DNA from: Chrysomallon squamiferum
Lineage: Eukaryota; Animalia; Mollusca
Assembly: GCA_012295275.1 (NCBI GenBank)
Contig: CM022670.1
Location: forward strand, 23,994,001-24,058,000
Direction: 5' to 3'
Length of the DNA stretch: 64,000 bases
Part shown: positions 37,101 through 52,300 of the stretch, piece after piece
Layout: each line of letters starts with the position of its first letter
Position numbering within the stretch: position 1 is the stretch's first letter
Notes under the pieces: generated by a model
What the model was told of the DNA's origin: nothing
The model's database searches: none
The model's input: only the letters and a program-made list of their open reading frames with translations
Program-made: the position numbers and the translations under genes

Positions 37101-40100
37101 TTGTGTGGAGTGCTGATGACAGCAAACTTGTTTCATGTGGTGTGGATGGAGCAGTTTATGAATGGGAACCTACATCAGGGAAAAGACTGGCTGAGAGTGT
37201 TCTTAAATCATGCAGCTACACTGGTGTTGCTGTTACACCAGACAGCAAGACCACCTTTGCTGTTGGCTCAGATAAAACACTAAAGGAAATAGCAGATTCT
37301 CAGGTAAGACATCTCAAAATTCAGCTCATAATGTCAGTGATAAAATAAAGATTTCAGGCTTGACTAACCATATTGAAAACTGATAATGTTAATTGTGGTG
37401 TTTACACTTAACAATGTCCCTCACTGTAAATTATTTGTAAAATTCATTACAAATAATAAATTTGGTTATGCCATACACATTTAATTTTTTTGGTATTGTG
37501 ACAGTGTAAGCTGATTATAAATATATTTATAAATGACACTATTTCCTAAACTGAAAGCTAAAAAGAGGGGGCTTTTTAAATTTATTTTTATATCTGTATA
37601 TTTATCTTGTCCAAGAACAATCCAGCTTGGGTTTACCTGTGAAGTTACCAATCAGACAATCACTTTCTCTTATTTCAGATTCTCAGAGAAGTAACATCTG
37701 GAGAAATGACACTGAGTAACTTGGCTCTGTCTCACTCAGGACGCATGTTATTTTCTGGTACTATCCGTGGTACCCTCTGGTCCATGAAGTTCCCTCTCAC
37801 TACACCAGGTGAATGGCAGGAATATCAAGGCCATGGAGCTGCAATTACTAAGGTAAGCACTATGAATAGTTGAAAATATATATAAACTCATTTTATTTTA
37901 ATTATTTCACTATTTGTTATTGTGGGTTTTTTATATGAAGTCTCGAATTACCTAATCAAGCTGTATAGTAATTTCTCAAACTGTACAAAAATGAGCTCGT
38001 TAGATCAGTGGTTAAAGTCTAAGATGGATATCTGAATTTTCCTTTCAGATGAAAATTACCTTTGATGACCAGTACTTGATTACTGTGTCAGAGGATTCAA
38101 CAATTATCCTGTGGAAGATTCAGGATAAAGAAGGACGTGGTCTCAAGCGTGACAAAGAAGTAGGCTGGGCTGAAGAGATTCTCATCACTAAAAGTGATCT
38201 TGAGGAAAAAGTAATTTATTTTTATCTTATTTACAACTGCTTTATGCAAAATACTAAGGATTAATCTATTCTATGCTATTAATATATAAATCTAAAAAAT
38301 AGTAATTTGGTACATGTCAGTTAATATTATATATCTGATAAATAAGGAAAATTATTTTAAAAAAAAATGAAAATGATTTTTCCTTTAAAATTTGTTTTCT
38401 GTAATGAAATGTATCTGTGAGTAAAGCTAAATATGAGTACTGCAGTTATAGATATACTAACTTTAAAACTGTTTAGGAGATGTATTTAAGATTTCTGTTC
38501 ATAATATTGAAATAAAATGTTTGGTATATTTTAGAACTCCATGATGGCAGAACTGAAGACAAGAGTTGAGGAATTGAAGATGGAGAATGAATATCAGCTC
38601 CGTCTAAAGGACATGAACTACAATGAGAAAATGAAGGAATTAACAGAAAAATTCATCCAGGAAATGGAATCACTGAAAACAAAAAATCAGGTCTTTATTT
38701 ATTATAGTAAATATTTGTTTTAAACATATCTATGATTAAGTCTAAACCACTTCAGTTACGTAATAATTATGGTGTTGATATGATTGCATGGGTGTGCATG
38801 TGCGCATGAGTGTGCAGATGTGGATATCTCTGCATCTTTCTGTATCTCTTGGTCTTTGTCTGTTTCTCCATGTGAGTCTGTGGCTCAGTGTGTATCTCTG
38901 TCTCTGCCTCTGTATCTCTCCATGTGTAAATGTGTATGTGTGTTGTATTAGAAATGATCAATATTTTTGTTTGCTTGCAGGTTTTAAAAACGGACAAAGA
39001 TAAGGAGGAAGCAAGACACGAGGAAGAGCTGTCAGAGCTGATGGAGAAGCATACTAAAGAAATGCAAGATCTTGGTAAAAATTAATAACATCATCCAGCT
39101 AATAAACTGTTAATTCACCATGAATATAAAGACTTTATGTATACTCATAATATTATCATAAACTTTTGTTTTTTAGTCAATACTGCAAAACATTTCTTGA
39201 ATTTTTATTATTAGGTTGATAATTTGATTTAAGTATTTATTTAATAAATTTTGCTTCAAGGAATTATAACTTAATCAAGCAAATATTAATATAGTATGTT
39301 ATATATGTTTCAGAATCTGCCAATAACCAGAAGCTGATGCTTGAATACGAGAAGTTCCAGGAACAGCAGGCCAAAATGATGAAAATGCAGGAAGACTACG
39401 AGCGACAGCTGTCAGAGATGGATGAGAGCAAACAACACGCATTAGAGGAACTCACAGAGTATTACGAAACCAAGCTGCAAGAGATGACATCCAGGCTGGA
39501 GCAGGTTGGTAGTTACTGTAACAAAATGACACATAGAAGCTTAGTATTTCCTAAGGTTTAGTTACAGGAAACATTATGGACATCAGATTATATGAGAAAA
39601 CAATATCTATTTCTTTTAAGATAACTGTTAATTACCAGGACTGGTTTAGTTCAGCTGTTAAAGCATTGTGAATTGTCACATTATCAGTCCTCATTGGGTT
39701 GTTTTGCCCTACCATCAGTCTAACAAGGCATATGTTCTTTTGTACAGGAAAGTGTTTCCAAAAATATCATTTTTATTGTAATCATCATGAAAAATCAAAT
39801 TCTTTCAACTATTATTGTCAAATTATTTCAGCTATTTATTATTTAACTGAATTAATGTTGTGTAACTACCTGTCTGGTGTAAAGTATTAGAGATCTTGCA
39901 TATATTACACATAAAAGAGATTGGTTGTTTTGGTGGGGTTTTAATGTTCCTTGTTATTGATTGAAAAAGTTAGTAATTTCTTACATTCGCTGATTTTCAA
40001 CAGGCCAAGGACGAAGCAAGTCAGCTAACCAGAGAATACGAAGAAACAAAGCACCAGATAGAAGAAGATGCAGATCGTGAAATTCTAGACATAAAGAACA

Positions 40101-43100
40101 AGTATGAACGTCGTCTCAGAGATGAAAAGGAAGCCAACATGAGGTTGAAAGGAGAGTCTGGAATCATGAAGAAAAAGGTGAGATTAAATTTTCCATGATA
40201 AAAATTAATTTAAATCTAGTTTTCTACATAGCAAGTGTACAAAAAATCAGGCTTCCATCTTAAGCAGTGAAAGTTACTGTTTGTTTAATTGTTTTCATGA
40301 AAGGTATTTGGTAATGATTTTCAGATTATATTACATCTATTTTACTATTTCCATTTCCAGTGGCTTATTAAAAATGATTAAATAACAGTATTTGATTTAT
40401 CAGAAATATTTCACAACATACTTTTTAAAGACATTATATGTGATTTCAGTTCACAAGCTTGCAGAAGGAAATCGATGACCACAAAGAAGAAATAAAGAAA
40501 CTGAATGCTGAAACAAACAAGCTGAACAATATCATCAGAAATTTGGAGAAGGACATTCAAGGTTTGAAGAAGGAGATACAAGAAAGAGATGATACCATTC
40601 AGGACAAGGTAATATAAAAACTATTACATAAATTAAAGAATTCTCTGAAAAAGTATGTATTGAAGCCTGGATGTTAATAAAATATACTGGGATCTATAAT
40701 TAATTATAATTAATTGAAACTTTATCATTACTCTTAAAAGTATGTTTTTAAATTGTTTGCTAAAAAAACAGCATTAATAATTTAGGAAAAATTAGTTTTG
40801 ATTGAAATTCTTGAATAACTGCTGTGTCCTTTTTAATTTTTTTAAATTCCTATCAAGATGGGATTCTTATTTTCAGATTTCTCTCTCTCTCTCTGTGCCC
40901 ACCTACCTACCTACCTACCTACCTACCTATCAGCTTTCCTTTTTATCTATGTGACCTACATATTTCATACATTTCCATTTTTCTCGTTGCAGGAGAAACG
41001 TATCTATGATCTAAAGAAAAAGAATCAAGAACTCGAGAAGTTTAAATTTGTTCTGGATTACAAGATCAAAGAACTTAAGAAACAGATTGAACCACGAGAA
41101 AATGATATCAAAATGATGAAGGAACAAATACAGGAGGTAAAAAAAAAAGATTAAGTTTATAATTTTGTTACTGAAATAATCAGTAGCCCCTAAAAAATTA
41201 AATGAATAAATCATTTTAAAATTGCTCTTATAGTTGATTGGATTAAGTGTTGGGAAAAAACAAATCTTCACTATTTGAACATAATTCTAAGTTTACTTAC
41301 TTTTTCAGATGGAAAGTGAATTGGAAAGATTCCACAAACAGAATACACAGCTTGAACTGAATATCACTGAACTGCGACAAAAACTGAAAGCAACAGATAA
41401 AGAAATGCATCAAGAAAGACAAAAGGTAGTTGAATATATTACAGAAGTGTATCCCAAATTGTTTTAATACTATCACATATGGAATTTTATTATACACTGA
41501 AATGACAGTTTTTGTAATAAAAATCTTTCAGGTATTTTCAGATATACATCAGTAAAATATAAAAACATAATTAAAAAACAAAAAGCTTTTCTATTTTTCT
41601 TTTTTTTTCTTACTAGTTAGTATAGTTAAATTTGAATTTTTAAAAAGAAAAGTACTGTTTACATCGTATGAAATATTACATTGTAAGTTTTGAGTTTTTC
41701 ATGGTATATCGATTATTAATTGACTTTGAGTTAAGTGTGCTTTGTTTTTGTCAGGTGCGAGATGTGGAGGCCATTGTTCGTCGCTTCAAGACTGATCTGC
41801 ACAACTGTGTGGGTTATATCCAGGATCCCAAAATGCTTAAAGAAAGCATTAAAGCTCTGTATCAGAAACATGTACAGGAAGATATTGTAAGTCCATACTT
41901 ACTTAATTCATTTTGTCTACACAGTTCTTATAGATAGAAAATTTCATGAACTTTTCTGAGAAGTCTACTAAATTAGAAATAAACTTGCAAACAGATGTTT
42001 AGATATGAAACATATTTCACTATTATTGTCATTATTATTTGAAGGGATGTAACTGAGCCCCAAATAAAAAATTACAAGAGATAAAATTTTAATAGCAATC
42101 ATTTGTAGGGTAGTCACTGTCAAAATTATGAAATGTTTCTACCAACTAACTGATTATAATCAGAGCACAACCATCCTCACTGACACAGTATTATACCACA
42201 TTACTTTACATCCTTATCTAGCAACCATACATTTAAGATAATAAATATTTAATAATGTTTAATTGTTATATCTGAAAATCTTTAAATTATTGATTTAAAA
42301 AAAATGACAACACAACTTACACAGACTTACACAAAATATATAAATGATTAATTTTTTAAAAGCAAAATTATCATTGTTTTTACTTTTCTTTGTTTCAGCT
42401 AAGATTAAACTTCGTATGCTCATTATTGATACTTTTAATTTGTTGAGTTTTCTTTATTTTCATATTTTCTTTGCTGCAGCTAAAAATACCTTGATAATCG
42501 TGTGCACGTCATTCTTTTAATTAAATTTGTAGTTTTGTTTATTTTGTCTTCTTTGTTTCAGCTAAAAATAAATTTTGATGTAGTATGTTTATCATTTATT
42601 TTAAATTTACATTTGGTTTTATATATTTTTATTTTTTTAAATTTATTTATTTTTTTGTTTGTTTCCTTGTTTGTTTGTTTGTTTGTTTTTATCATTATTA
42701 ATTTTAAAAATTATTTTATAATGATTTGCAGAATTTGACTTTAATATGTTCTGATGATTGTTTTGTTTTGAAATGTTTGTTACTGTATAAAAATGCTCCA
42801 TTTACAATGACATATTTACTGACTCATCAAAGAAACATTAAAATATATTGATTCATATGATTATATTGGTAATTAATCTTTTACCAATAACACTAATGAT
42901 TTTAAAAATGCAGGCACAAATGGAAATGGATTAAGTATTTGAATATATGTCAAAATCCAGTATGTCTTTTATTAATCTCAAAGCATATAAAAAAATTATT
43001 TCATTTTAAAAATGTCATACTGGAATGGTGCGTTTTTGTTATTATTGTTTTATACAATGATAATTCTCAAAGTTAAACAAATATACCAGGAGATTTATCA

Positions 43101-44123
43101 CTGTCATAGTTATTTGTTATTTCATGTTTTATTGCTTGGAATCTATTGATGTTAACATTTTTAGCTGTACAGTGTTCTGAATATTCAAAATAACGATATC
43201 CAGAAAAATGTAGTCAATGTTGTTTAAAAAGAAAAACAATATGAAGAATAACTTATCACAAAGTTTTTAAAATTCTGTTACTTAACAGCAGTATAATATC
43301 TCAGTACAAATAAGGAAAATAAATTGGAAAGAAAATTAACAAATAAAATTATTATAATCTAATTCTCCTTATTTCTACACAGTAAATACTATTATTTCAA
43401 TTCTATATTATTTATTATTATTATTATTAGTAGTAGTAGTTTTTTAAGCCTATCATTTTATTTACAAAAACCTTTTGAATAGTTTTTGAACAACAGAAAG
43501 ATAAACTTTTTTCTTTATTATAATTTTTCAGACTGAATCAGCCAGTGTTGATGCAGATATCCAAAAAGAATACAGTCGCCAGCGTGAACATCTTGAGCGG
43601 TCTGTAGCCTCATTAAGGAAAAAACTTGAAAAAGATTCTGAAATTCACAAAGCAGACAACGTCCGCATTATGCAGGTTTGTAACCATCTTTTTTACCCCA
43701 TTTTTTGTTGTTGTTAGGGAAATAATCAAATAAATTGTAGAAATACATACTACAGCTTATATCCTACTATATTCTGTCACTGATGGTTATTAATTTCTAA
43801 ATTCTCAGGAAAACGTTTCACTCATCAAGGAAATAAATGACTTGAGACGAGAGCTGAAGCTAGCTCGAACCTCTATCCATGATCTGGAGGCTGTGCTTGG
43901 ACTACACAGCACCAACAACAAGAAAGCTGACACAGCCACACTGGCTCAGCTTACAGCCAAGAACCCCAGTGCAATGATGGAAAAAGATTTAGCAGAGAGA
44001 AACAAAATCATTGAAATGCAGCGTTACGAAATCAATAGGTTAAGAAGTGAAATGAATAATTTAGAATCTGGCTCTAGACCTTCATCAGGCACAAAGTTAT
44101 TGCCTATACAGGGCGCAGCGTAA
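34181..44123 (+). CDS. CFAP57: Cilia- and flagella-associated protein 57 (WD40 repeats + coiled coil); coding exons approx. 34181-34651, 34887-35135, 35350-35500, 35648-35799, 36100-36239, 36596-36761, 36977-37303, 37679-37852, 38049-38210, 38535-38690, 38981-39074, 39314-39504, 40004-40177, 40450-40608, 40993-41136, 41309-41425, 41755-41886, 43532-43675, 43809-44123; apparent +1 frameshift near 34899-34906
   Basis: HIFGLR..V...[127 protein letters not shown] and [10 protein letters not shown] are hallmarks of CFAP57/WDR65. Confidence 0.95.
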
Positions 44124-45387
44124 CAAAGGCAGGGGAATAAAAAGACAAGTTTATTTATTGAAGAGGACACACTGTAGACCTTTTTTTTTTTTTTTTTTTT
44201 TTTATAAATTGTGTGATATTTGAAATACTGTATTTGAAAGATTCAATCCAACATAAAGTTGACTTTCTGCTTGAATATTTACAGTAGGAAAAGGTTCATT
44301 ATGAATTCTATAATAGCAATGTTTATTTCATTTATGTTTAAAATTAAAATATATACATATACATATATTTATATGTAAGTTTTCATTATTATTACTGATT
44401 GTGTGTCAGTGAATGTAATTGTTACATTCAGAAGTCGAGTTTCTTTTATTTATATAACACACTGAAAAGAATGAGAGCCTAGATTTATTTGAGATTTTAA
44501 AGTCACTTTTAAAACAATTTCATATTAAATGTCTGACAACAGAGATATCCAGTTCCTTAATAATTTAAGCTAAAAATGGTATTAATTTAATCATCTTTAT
44601 GTGTACATTTTCCTGAAGTGAAAATTATAGCAGAAGTTATGTATACTTTCAGAAATAACAGCATTACTTCTTTTCTCTTGAACATTCAAATGCATAAATG
44701 TTGTCAGTCTGTGATAGTTTAATTTTGTACATAATGGGAAAAATAGTATCTGTGATATATTAAAAATATTTCTATTTAAATTTATCAATTTTCTGTTCTT
44801 GATATTAAATTGATGTATTAGTTTTATCATCAAACATTGTATTTTGAAAAAAAGATCACATTTTTGTTAGAGAAATTCAGGTTGTGAATGAACTTCATTG
44901 TCAAAAAGATTGTTAAAAATAAAAAATAATAAGAAGAATAAAGAATAATTTTATTTAAAAACAAAGAAAAGTCTTTAGATTTAATTTGAAGAGCAGACAG
45001 TTGGTTAACCTTAATTCTGCAAAAGATTTATGTACATACAAATAAATTATTTCCCCCCGTTTTGTGTTTTTATTTTTATTTATTTTTTAAGTTGATATGA
45101 ACCCTCTCTATTAAAAAAATTAAGTAGTATTTTATATAAAAAGTCCTTGATTTTCTTTTTTTTTTATATGCCAGAAATGTGTAAATTATTTTACTTATGG
45201 ATCCATTAAAACTGTATGAAAATATTGGAAAGTATGTTATGGTGTTAATAATTTTATTAATAAGACTTTTTATCAAAGGTCTGTTTTTGTTTTCTGTCTG
45301 CAAGGTTTCTTGGAATGCAGTGGACTGCTGTTGATCTTTTAACCAATGACAGTTGGTTCATTCCCCTGCTCTGTTAACAATTCATAT

Positions 45388-45657
45388 AAAATCTGGGAAT
45401 ATGAAGTACAAGAATGAGATTCACTTGTTGAATAGACAAAAAGAACATAATTCCAGCTGCATATCTTTATCAACTTATCATTTTACACTTGAGATAAAGA
45501 TTTGTTGTTAATTAATGTTAGCGATTTGTATAAATCTGGGAATATAAAGTACAAGATGTAGATTCACTTGTTGAATAAACAAAAACAACATAATTCCAGC
45601 TGTGTATCTTTATCAACTTACCATTTTACACTTGAGATAAAGATTTGTTGTTAGTTA
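45388..45657. repeat. Two-copy tandem duplication, period ~143 bp
   Basis: ATCTGGGAATATRAAGTACAAGA...GATTCACTTGTTGAATA...CATTTTACACTTGAGATAAAGATTTGTTGTTA occurs at 45391 and again at 45534 with scattered substitutions. Confidence 0.92.
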
Positions 45658-46349
45658 TTATTTAAATGATTAGGTTTAAAATGTCAGATTTAAGAATAAC
45701 TATAAAAAGTTTACCCTTGATAATATTCTGCATCTGTCCATGCATGTGTTATATCAAAAAAGTTTAAAAACAATTAATCAAATATCATATTTTAATTTGA
45801 AAAGGTATGTTTTTTTCATTTATAGTCAATGAGACATACTTCATTAGCTCAAGTCACTCGAAGATAACAATTTCTAGTTTATGACAGTAAAAACAAAGTC
45901 TTGTTGTAGTTGTACCAGTGCATACAAGGTTTCCCAGAAACTATTCTTTTTTTAATAATAATATGCTAATAATTATTTATATATGAAGTGGAAATTTAAA
46001 CTGTACTTGAATTAAAAACAGAGCAGTTGTGAATACAAATAAACTACATAAACAGAAAATATCAAAATCTATAAACATTAGTCTATATTTCTTCAAATCC
46101 AGTGTAACAGTAAAATTTAACACTTGTTTTTAGATTATAAAAAATATTTTTCATTCTTTAACACAATCAACTTACATAATCAAATATCAAAAACACCATC
46201 TTCAAAGCAATGTTAGTGATTAATACTGATATTTTCTAATTATTTCATAATAAAATTATTAATGGTTTAAGAAAAATGAGATAGCAAATTTGTTCAATAC
46301 CAATTAAATTCTCATTTAATCACACAAAAAATAAAATGAAAGTAATTTT

Positions 46350-49300
46350 CTACAGTAGGAATGGAATAATTGATTTTCGACCTCGTGGGTACTTGCTGAA
46401 TTCTCTGCGATATATCTTGTGTTTGCCAATTGCCCATATTGACATCTGAACAAATCCAGCCAATGTAAAAAGGGCAGCTAAAAGAAAACAAAGAAATTTA
46501 GTTTTTTGTTTGTTCAAGCAACTGGTTATTTTATAAATTGAAATATAAAGTGTGTGGTTTCTTTTATCTAATAATGAATTTTTTTTTGTTTTTTCTCAAT
46601 TACATAGCTTATATTAACAAAATTTGTTATATTATAAGTATCAAACATAAAATATAAAAAATACCAGAAAATAAAATATGGTCATTTAAACAGTCAACAA
46701 AAGAACACAAAAGTGAAATAATATAATTTAAAAGAAATAAAGGATTTAATGTCAAACCTGGCAGACACTGTGTCATTATGCTAAAACTAGTCCAAGCCAT
46801 CACTTCGTAAGTGTAGTTTGGACATGAGACCAAACCAAACAACCATGTGAATGGATTGGAATTAGGATAGGGAATCTTCCTTTCCTTGCTTCCTGAACAG
46901 AGAAAAAATAATTAAATTAAAAACATATTTAACACTTAATTTTCAAATTAAGCTAGTGGCCAATACAATCTCATTCTATTATACCCATCTGTAAACAACT
47001 ACTTTTTTTATCTTAGCAATCAAAAATAATGATGCCATAATCATTTATGTATGCAATCAGATTTTAAAATTCCATTTAACATCCAAATGGTAGTTCTCAT
47101 AGCCCAGATGTGTATTTAAGAAACATTTGGATCCATGAAATAAAATCAGGAATATTTTTAGAAATGAAAAAAATAAAACAATAAGAAACAAACCCAACCC
47201 TAAGTTTTTTAATTCACGTACATCTTCATGTTTTTAAATGTAATAATTTTAAATACTTTCAATGACTATTTTACGAGATTTACTAAACATAGAGAAAAAT
47301 AAAAGTCGATAAACTGTTACCAAGTCTTTTTCCAAAAATAACCAGTAAACGATCAAGTAATTTTACCTGGAGGACGAAGATTTCTCAATGCCACATGAAC
47401 TGAAAAGTTTCCGAGCTCAGCAAACTTTTCAAAAAAGAGAATAATAATAAAATAAAGAAATAAAACATTATTATTTTTTATAAAAATTAAAACTAAAAAT
47501 GAATGTATGTTCTTCAAACATTTACAGGTTAATGGTTTTGGGAGAGAAGTTTATGTTTTTTAATAATTGAAAATTTGGTTTCTTTCATGTTTTGGTAAAT
47601 AATATCAAAACAGAAACACATGCATAAAAATATAATAGGATACTTACCACAAACCCTGCAAGACCAACATAAAGCTGTTTATCTCCAAACACTGGAAAAT
47701 ATTTTAGAATAAAACATTTTAAATTTGATACTAACCAAACTTTAAAAAAAAAAATTCAAAGAAAAAAAGGAAAAAAAAAAGAATGAAAGAAAAAATTCAA
47801 AGAAAAAAAGGAAAAAAAAAAAGAATGAAAGAAAAAATTCAAAGAAAATTAAAGATAAATTATATTAGAGGTTTTTAACTTTGCCATCTTTTCTTTACAT
47901 TACATTAACAAAAATAAAACTGGATATTAATATATATATATATAATTTTTTGATATTGTCCGAACAACCAATGAACAAACAATGAAAATATAACCCAATA
48001 GAGGATGCATAATTTAGGAAACTTTACAATGTTTTTTTTTTTTTTTTCTATTTCTTTTTTTCTTTTTTTGGCAGATTTATTTATTATTTTGTTTAGGTTA
48101 GAGGTAACATTACTCTGAATACACTGCAAGTTGAGCATCTTTCTGATTTGTCAGTAAACTTACTTGGTGGAGTATATAGAGGATGGTTCATAAAGTATGC
48201 TACAAATGCTGCAAAGCCCCAATAATAAGCAGAATTCTAAAAACAAAAAAGAGGAAAATATTAAAATTATTAATATATATGCTTTTAACCATGACAAATT
48301 ACTTCTTTCAATACTGAAACAATATTCATTTTATAAATAAAATCTTTTTAAATGTTGAAATAAATAATTATTTATTTTACAAAAATAAATTACCTTAAAA
48401 ATATTTCTAAGTGGCATAGTTCCATGAGAAAATCTATGTACAAATACTGTTTCCAGAAGACGTTTAGCATAATGAAAAGTCCAACATGCAGCTGCAATAC
48501 TATAAAAAAAAAATTATAAAGATTTTTTTTTTTTTTTTTTAAAGTGAAAATTATTAAATGTTTGTAAAATTTGGAAACTAACATTGCAAAGGTTTTATAC
48601 TCTTTTTATTACTTAGGATTTAAAATTAAGATTATTTTATCAGACCAGTGAAAGCATCGATTTCCATAGTTCCAATCAGTTATCAGATGTGTTTATTTGT
48701 TTTTGTTTTTGCTTATTTTTAATTTTCAGCTTTATCACATTTAGTTTCTAGATTTAAAAGAAATTAATGAAAAAACAAAAAAAGAAACAACCTATAATAA
48801 TATTAATAAATAAATAAAAAACAATACATGCATGCATGCATATATTTGTATCAATGTAAAATGAATCTCAACTCTATCAAAGTGTCGATATTGTGAAAAA
48901 TTAAGGTAATATTTGGGTTTCTAGACTCAATAATTTGGTTTTTTTAATTAAGTTTTTTTACTTACTTTGCTGTCTTAGTAAAAGGCTGAGATGAGGCACC
49001 TGGTCCATAGATGATTGCTGGTCGAATGTAGAATGACAGGTAAATAACCAAAGGACCCGCATATTCAGTTAAAAAAACCTGTTTCAAGAAAAATATTCTT
49101 TTATTCAAAATATTTAACAATTTAATAAATAAAACTGTTCTTTTTTTAACACTAACATATAAATCATCATAAAAAACAGGATAAAAAATAAAAATTACAG
49201 AAAATGTGTGTGTAAAAATGTATTGTCTAACCCAAGAGTTGGCAACCTTTTGGAGAGATGGGACCAGACAGCTAAGCAGTATTTTGAAGGAAGGCCAAGA

Positions 49301-52300
49301 TATCAAATGTATTACATGCACACACACACACAGACACACACTGATATGTCTCTCTCTCAGTTCTGTCTTCAATATTGAGCACCAAAAAGAGATGTTAGGA
49401 AGCAAGGCTGCTTTGGTCTGGAGATTTAAAGAAAAAACTATAAAGTTAATGTAATAATGGTGTTCAAGAGTTCAGCTGGCAGGCCAGACTAAATTCCTTG
49501 CGGGCTGAATGTGGCCTGTGGTCCAAGGTTAGCCAATCCCTGGTTTAACACTAAGCAAAATGTATAATAATTGGCTAAGGAAATATAATACATACTGTTG
49601 TCCAACCAACTTGTGGACCAAGATCTTTGAAATAAAGGACTCTTGTCTGATTCACTCCAGTTGCTACTAGAGTGTCTGAATCCTTCAGGATCTTACCCTC
49701 TGAAAAGTGAACGATTATATTTGATGAACTCAGATTTAAACTCTAACCAGATAGTGATATCTGCAGACTCTGTTTCTAACTGCACCAGCAAATTTTATAA
49801 TTGCCTAGTTTAACAGTAATAATTCTACCATTTTTAGTTCATGCTGATCAAAGAAAATTGTGATTAGTAAATAAACCATTCCATCTCACAAAATAAATAA
49901 ATAAATAAAACAAAAACAGGAATGTATTAATCTTGTTTTTTAATTCAGATAACTTTTAATTTTTTTGTGCTTTGTTGAAGAAAAAAAAAGTCATAAAGAA
50001 GTTAACATACTTGGTTCTGTTCTGTAAGATTGTCGGTCAGGATAAAACTTTGGATCTGAAATGAAAGAAAAACAAATTACAAATTATACAAGAAAGATAC
50101 ATTAAACTCATATCACAGATATCTCACCTTTGTGAAAATAATCTTACTTTTCTGTAATTTAATAATGCTATAAAATGCATGAACTGTCCTGAAAAATTAA
50201 TTATCCTAGATTTTTTTGATATGATTAATTAATTTTAGAAATGAAAAAAAAAATGTCTTATTTATTAAATGACAATCTTCATTATAACATTTTGAGAATC
50301 TATATACTGCACATATATACACTAATTATTTAAATGATAATATTTATAATTATATTCTTATTAAATTTAGGTAAGATTACTGTTAGCATAGTGCAGCTGC
50401 CAACAAAGCCTGAATCAGCTGAAAATTGCTATCTTTCCTCAGCTTGGCTTAGATACACTATTGATCAAAGGAGCATGTAATGTGTAGCATAATAAAGAGC
50501 CAGTTTTCCTCTTTCCAATGCACTGCTTGTATTTTGTTTCAGTGAAAGAGTGCAATGTTTTTTTGTTTTTTCTGAAAAATCATGCCTTTTCATGCACTTG
50601 CACTGCATGGAAAATACACCTGGTTTCCCCATTTGCACAAAAAGACTAAAAACAGAGCATGGATTATCTTTTTTTATGAATGAACAAAAGTTGTTTTGGA
50701 ATGTTAAAAAAAGTGTTTGACCTGAAAAAAAAAAAAAAAAAAAAAAAATAATAAAAAAACCAATCAAGTATACTTTTTGAAAACAGCAATTTCCACATTT
50801 TCTAATGGACACAGAGATTATTCTAATAGCATCCTGCCAAAATTGTGGAGTGTGTTAAAGACAATCATGCTCTCATTAAACATGTTGATGGGAAAATGGG
50901 TTGTGGTGAAAACTATGAGCAACAAACATGTATTATGAAAGTACCTTGAAAATAATGATATGAAATAATAGAATAAAATGAGTTATTGTTCCAAGATGAC
51001 ATTTTGGGTGCTGATACAAACTGTTTAACTGTACATGTAAATTGTAACAATTTCTAAAAAGCCAAACAATTCATATTGTTTTTAATAATATTCATATGAA
51101 CACAGAATAGTATTCATAAATACATGTATGTAACAGCTTTAAATGATACATTTATATTAACAGGCAACTTACTTTGTTTAAAATGAATCTTTTTGACATC
51201 TTCTATGGAACATGAAGGAGATAACTAAAAGTAACAAATGAGAGAAAAGAACAAATTCTTAAATACAGTTAGTTATAGTATGCCACAATTTACAAAATAA
51301 ATGATAAGTAATTTACACCTGTGGATAAATGAATAAAAGTTACAGGTATGCCTTGTAAGGAACAATGTATGTGTACTTTTAACTAAAAATGTATCAAGAT
51401 TAGCTTAAATAGTCTTAGCTTTTTCCCCCCATAAATTCTGAAGAACATGCAGTATGTTTCTCTAAACTGAAGCAAACTAGACTTTGTAGCCATTGTTAGC
51501 AGTACAGTTTAAAGAAGGCACCAACATTGGTTATTAGTGGCTACATTTGAATGGAAATTCAAAAAATTTTTCTGTGTACATCAAGGAATGGTTAATTTTA
51601 AAGAGCATGCAAATTGAAACAATATTATACAGGGAACACCTGTACAAGCAGATAATGTTGGTTTTTAAATTAAAAATATCTAAAAAAAATATATATAAAA
51701 AAATAAAAATGTAAACAGTTAAGTGATCTATTTTACCATAATGAAAAAGTTAATATCATGTACAAAACAAAATAAAATAATTAGTAGGAAATAAAATATT
51801 AGCATTTTCATAACCATGCTAAATTACTTACGTTATTTAATGTTGTTATATGTTTGCTAGTTCTTGCATCCAAAATTCGTATCTATTAATGAAGGAAATA
51901 TATTAACAGATAAGCATTTAAGCATAATATATTTGATTAATTACATAATTTTTTATAATGTAATTTTTATATTTTTTAAGAGGAGATTTATTAAAGAGAT
52001 AAGTAACAATGATTACAATTAGTATTTCACTTCATTAATAACATTTAACTAATTTTAGAAATGAATATGCTCTTAATAAATAGTGCTGTTTATTAGATAT
52101 TCAATTCTTGTGTCGTCTGTTTTCTATGATTCTCTTCTTGAAATAAATATTTTGCATTCATAATCACAGGCATAAAAAAATCAGTAAAATAATCTAATCC
52201 TATATTTGAATTCTTAGTAACAAGAGTCCCACAGTAGTTTTATCAGCACTGACATTGTAACAATCGGATGTACCTTGAACATTTATCACATCACTTTGAT

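Noticed and set aside
38767-39003. ORFs on both strands rich in H/T/E or V/C/L
   Set aside because: Degenerate TG/TC simple repeat in a CFAP57 intron; only 38981 onward is a true exon, in another frame.
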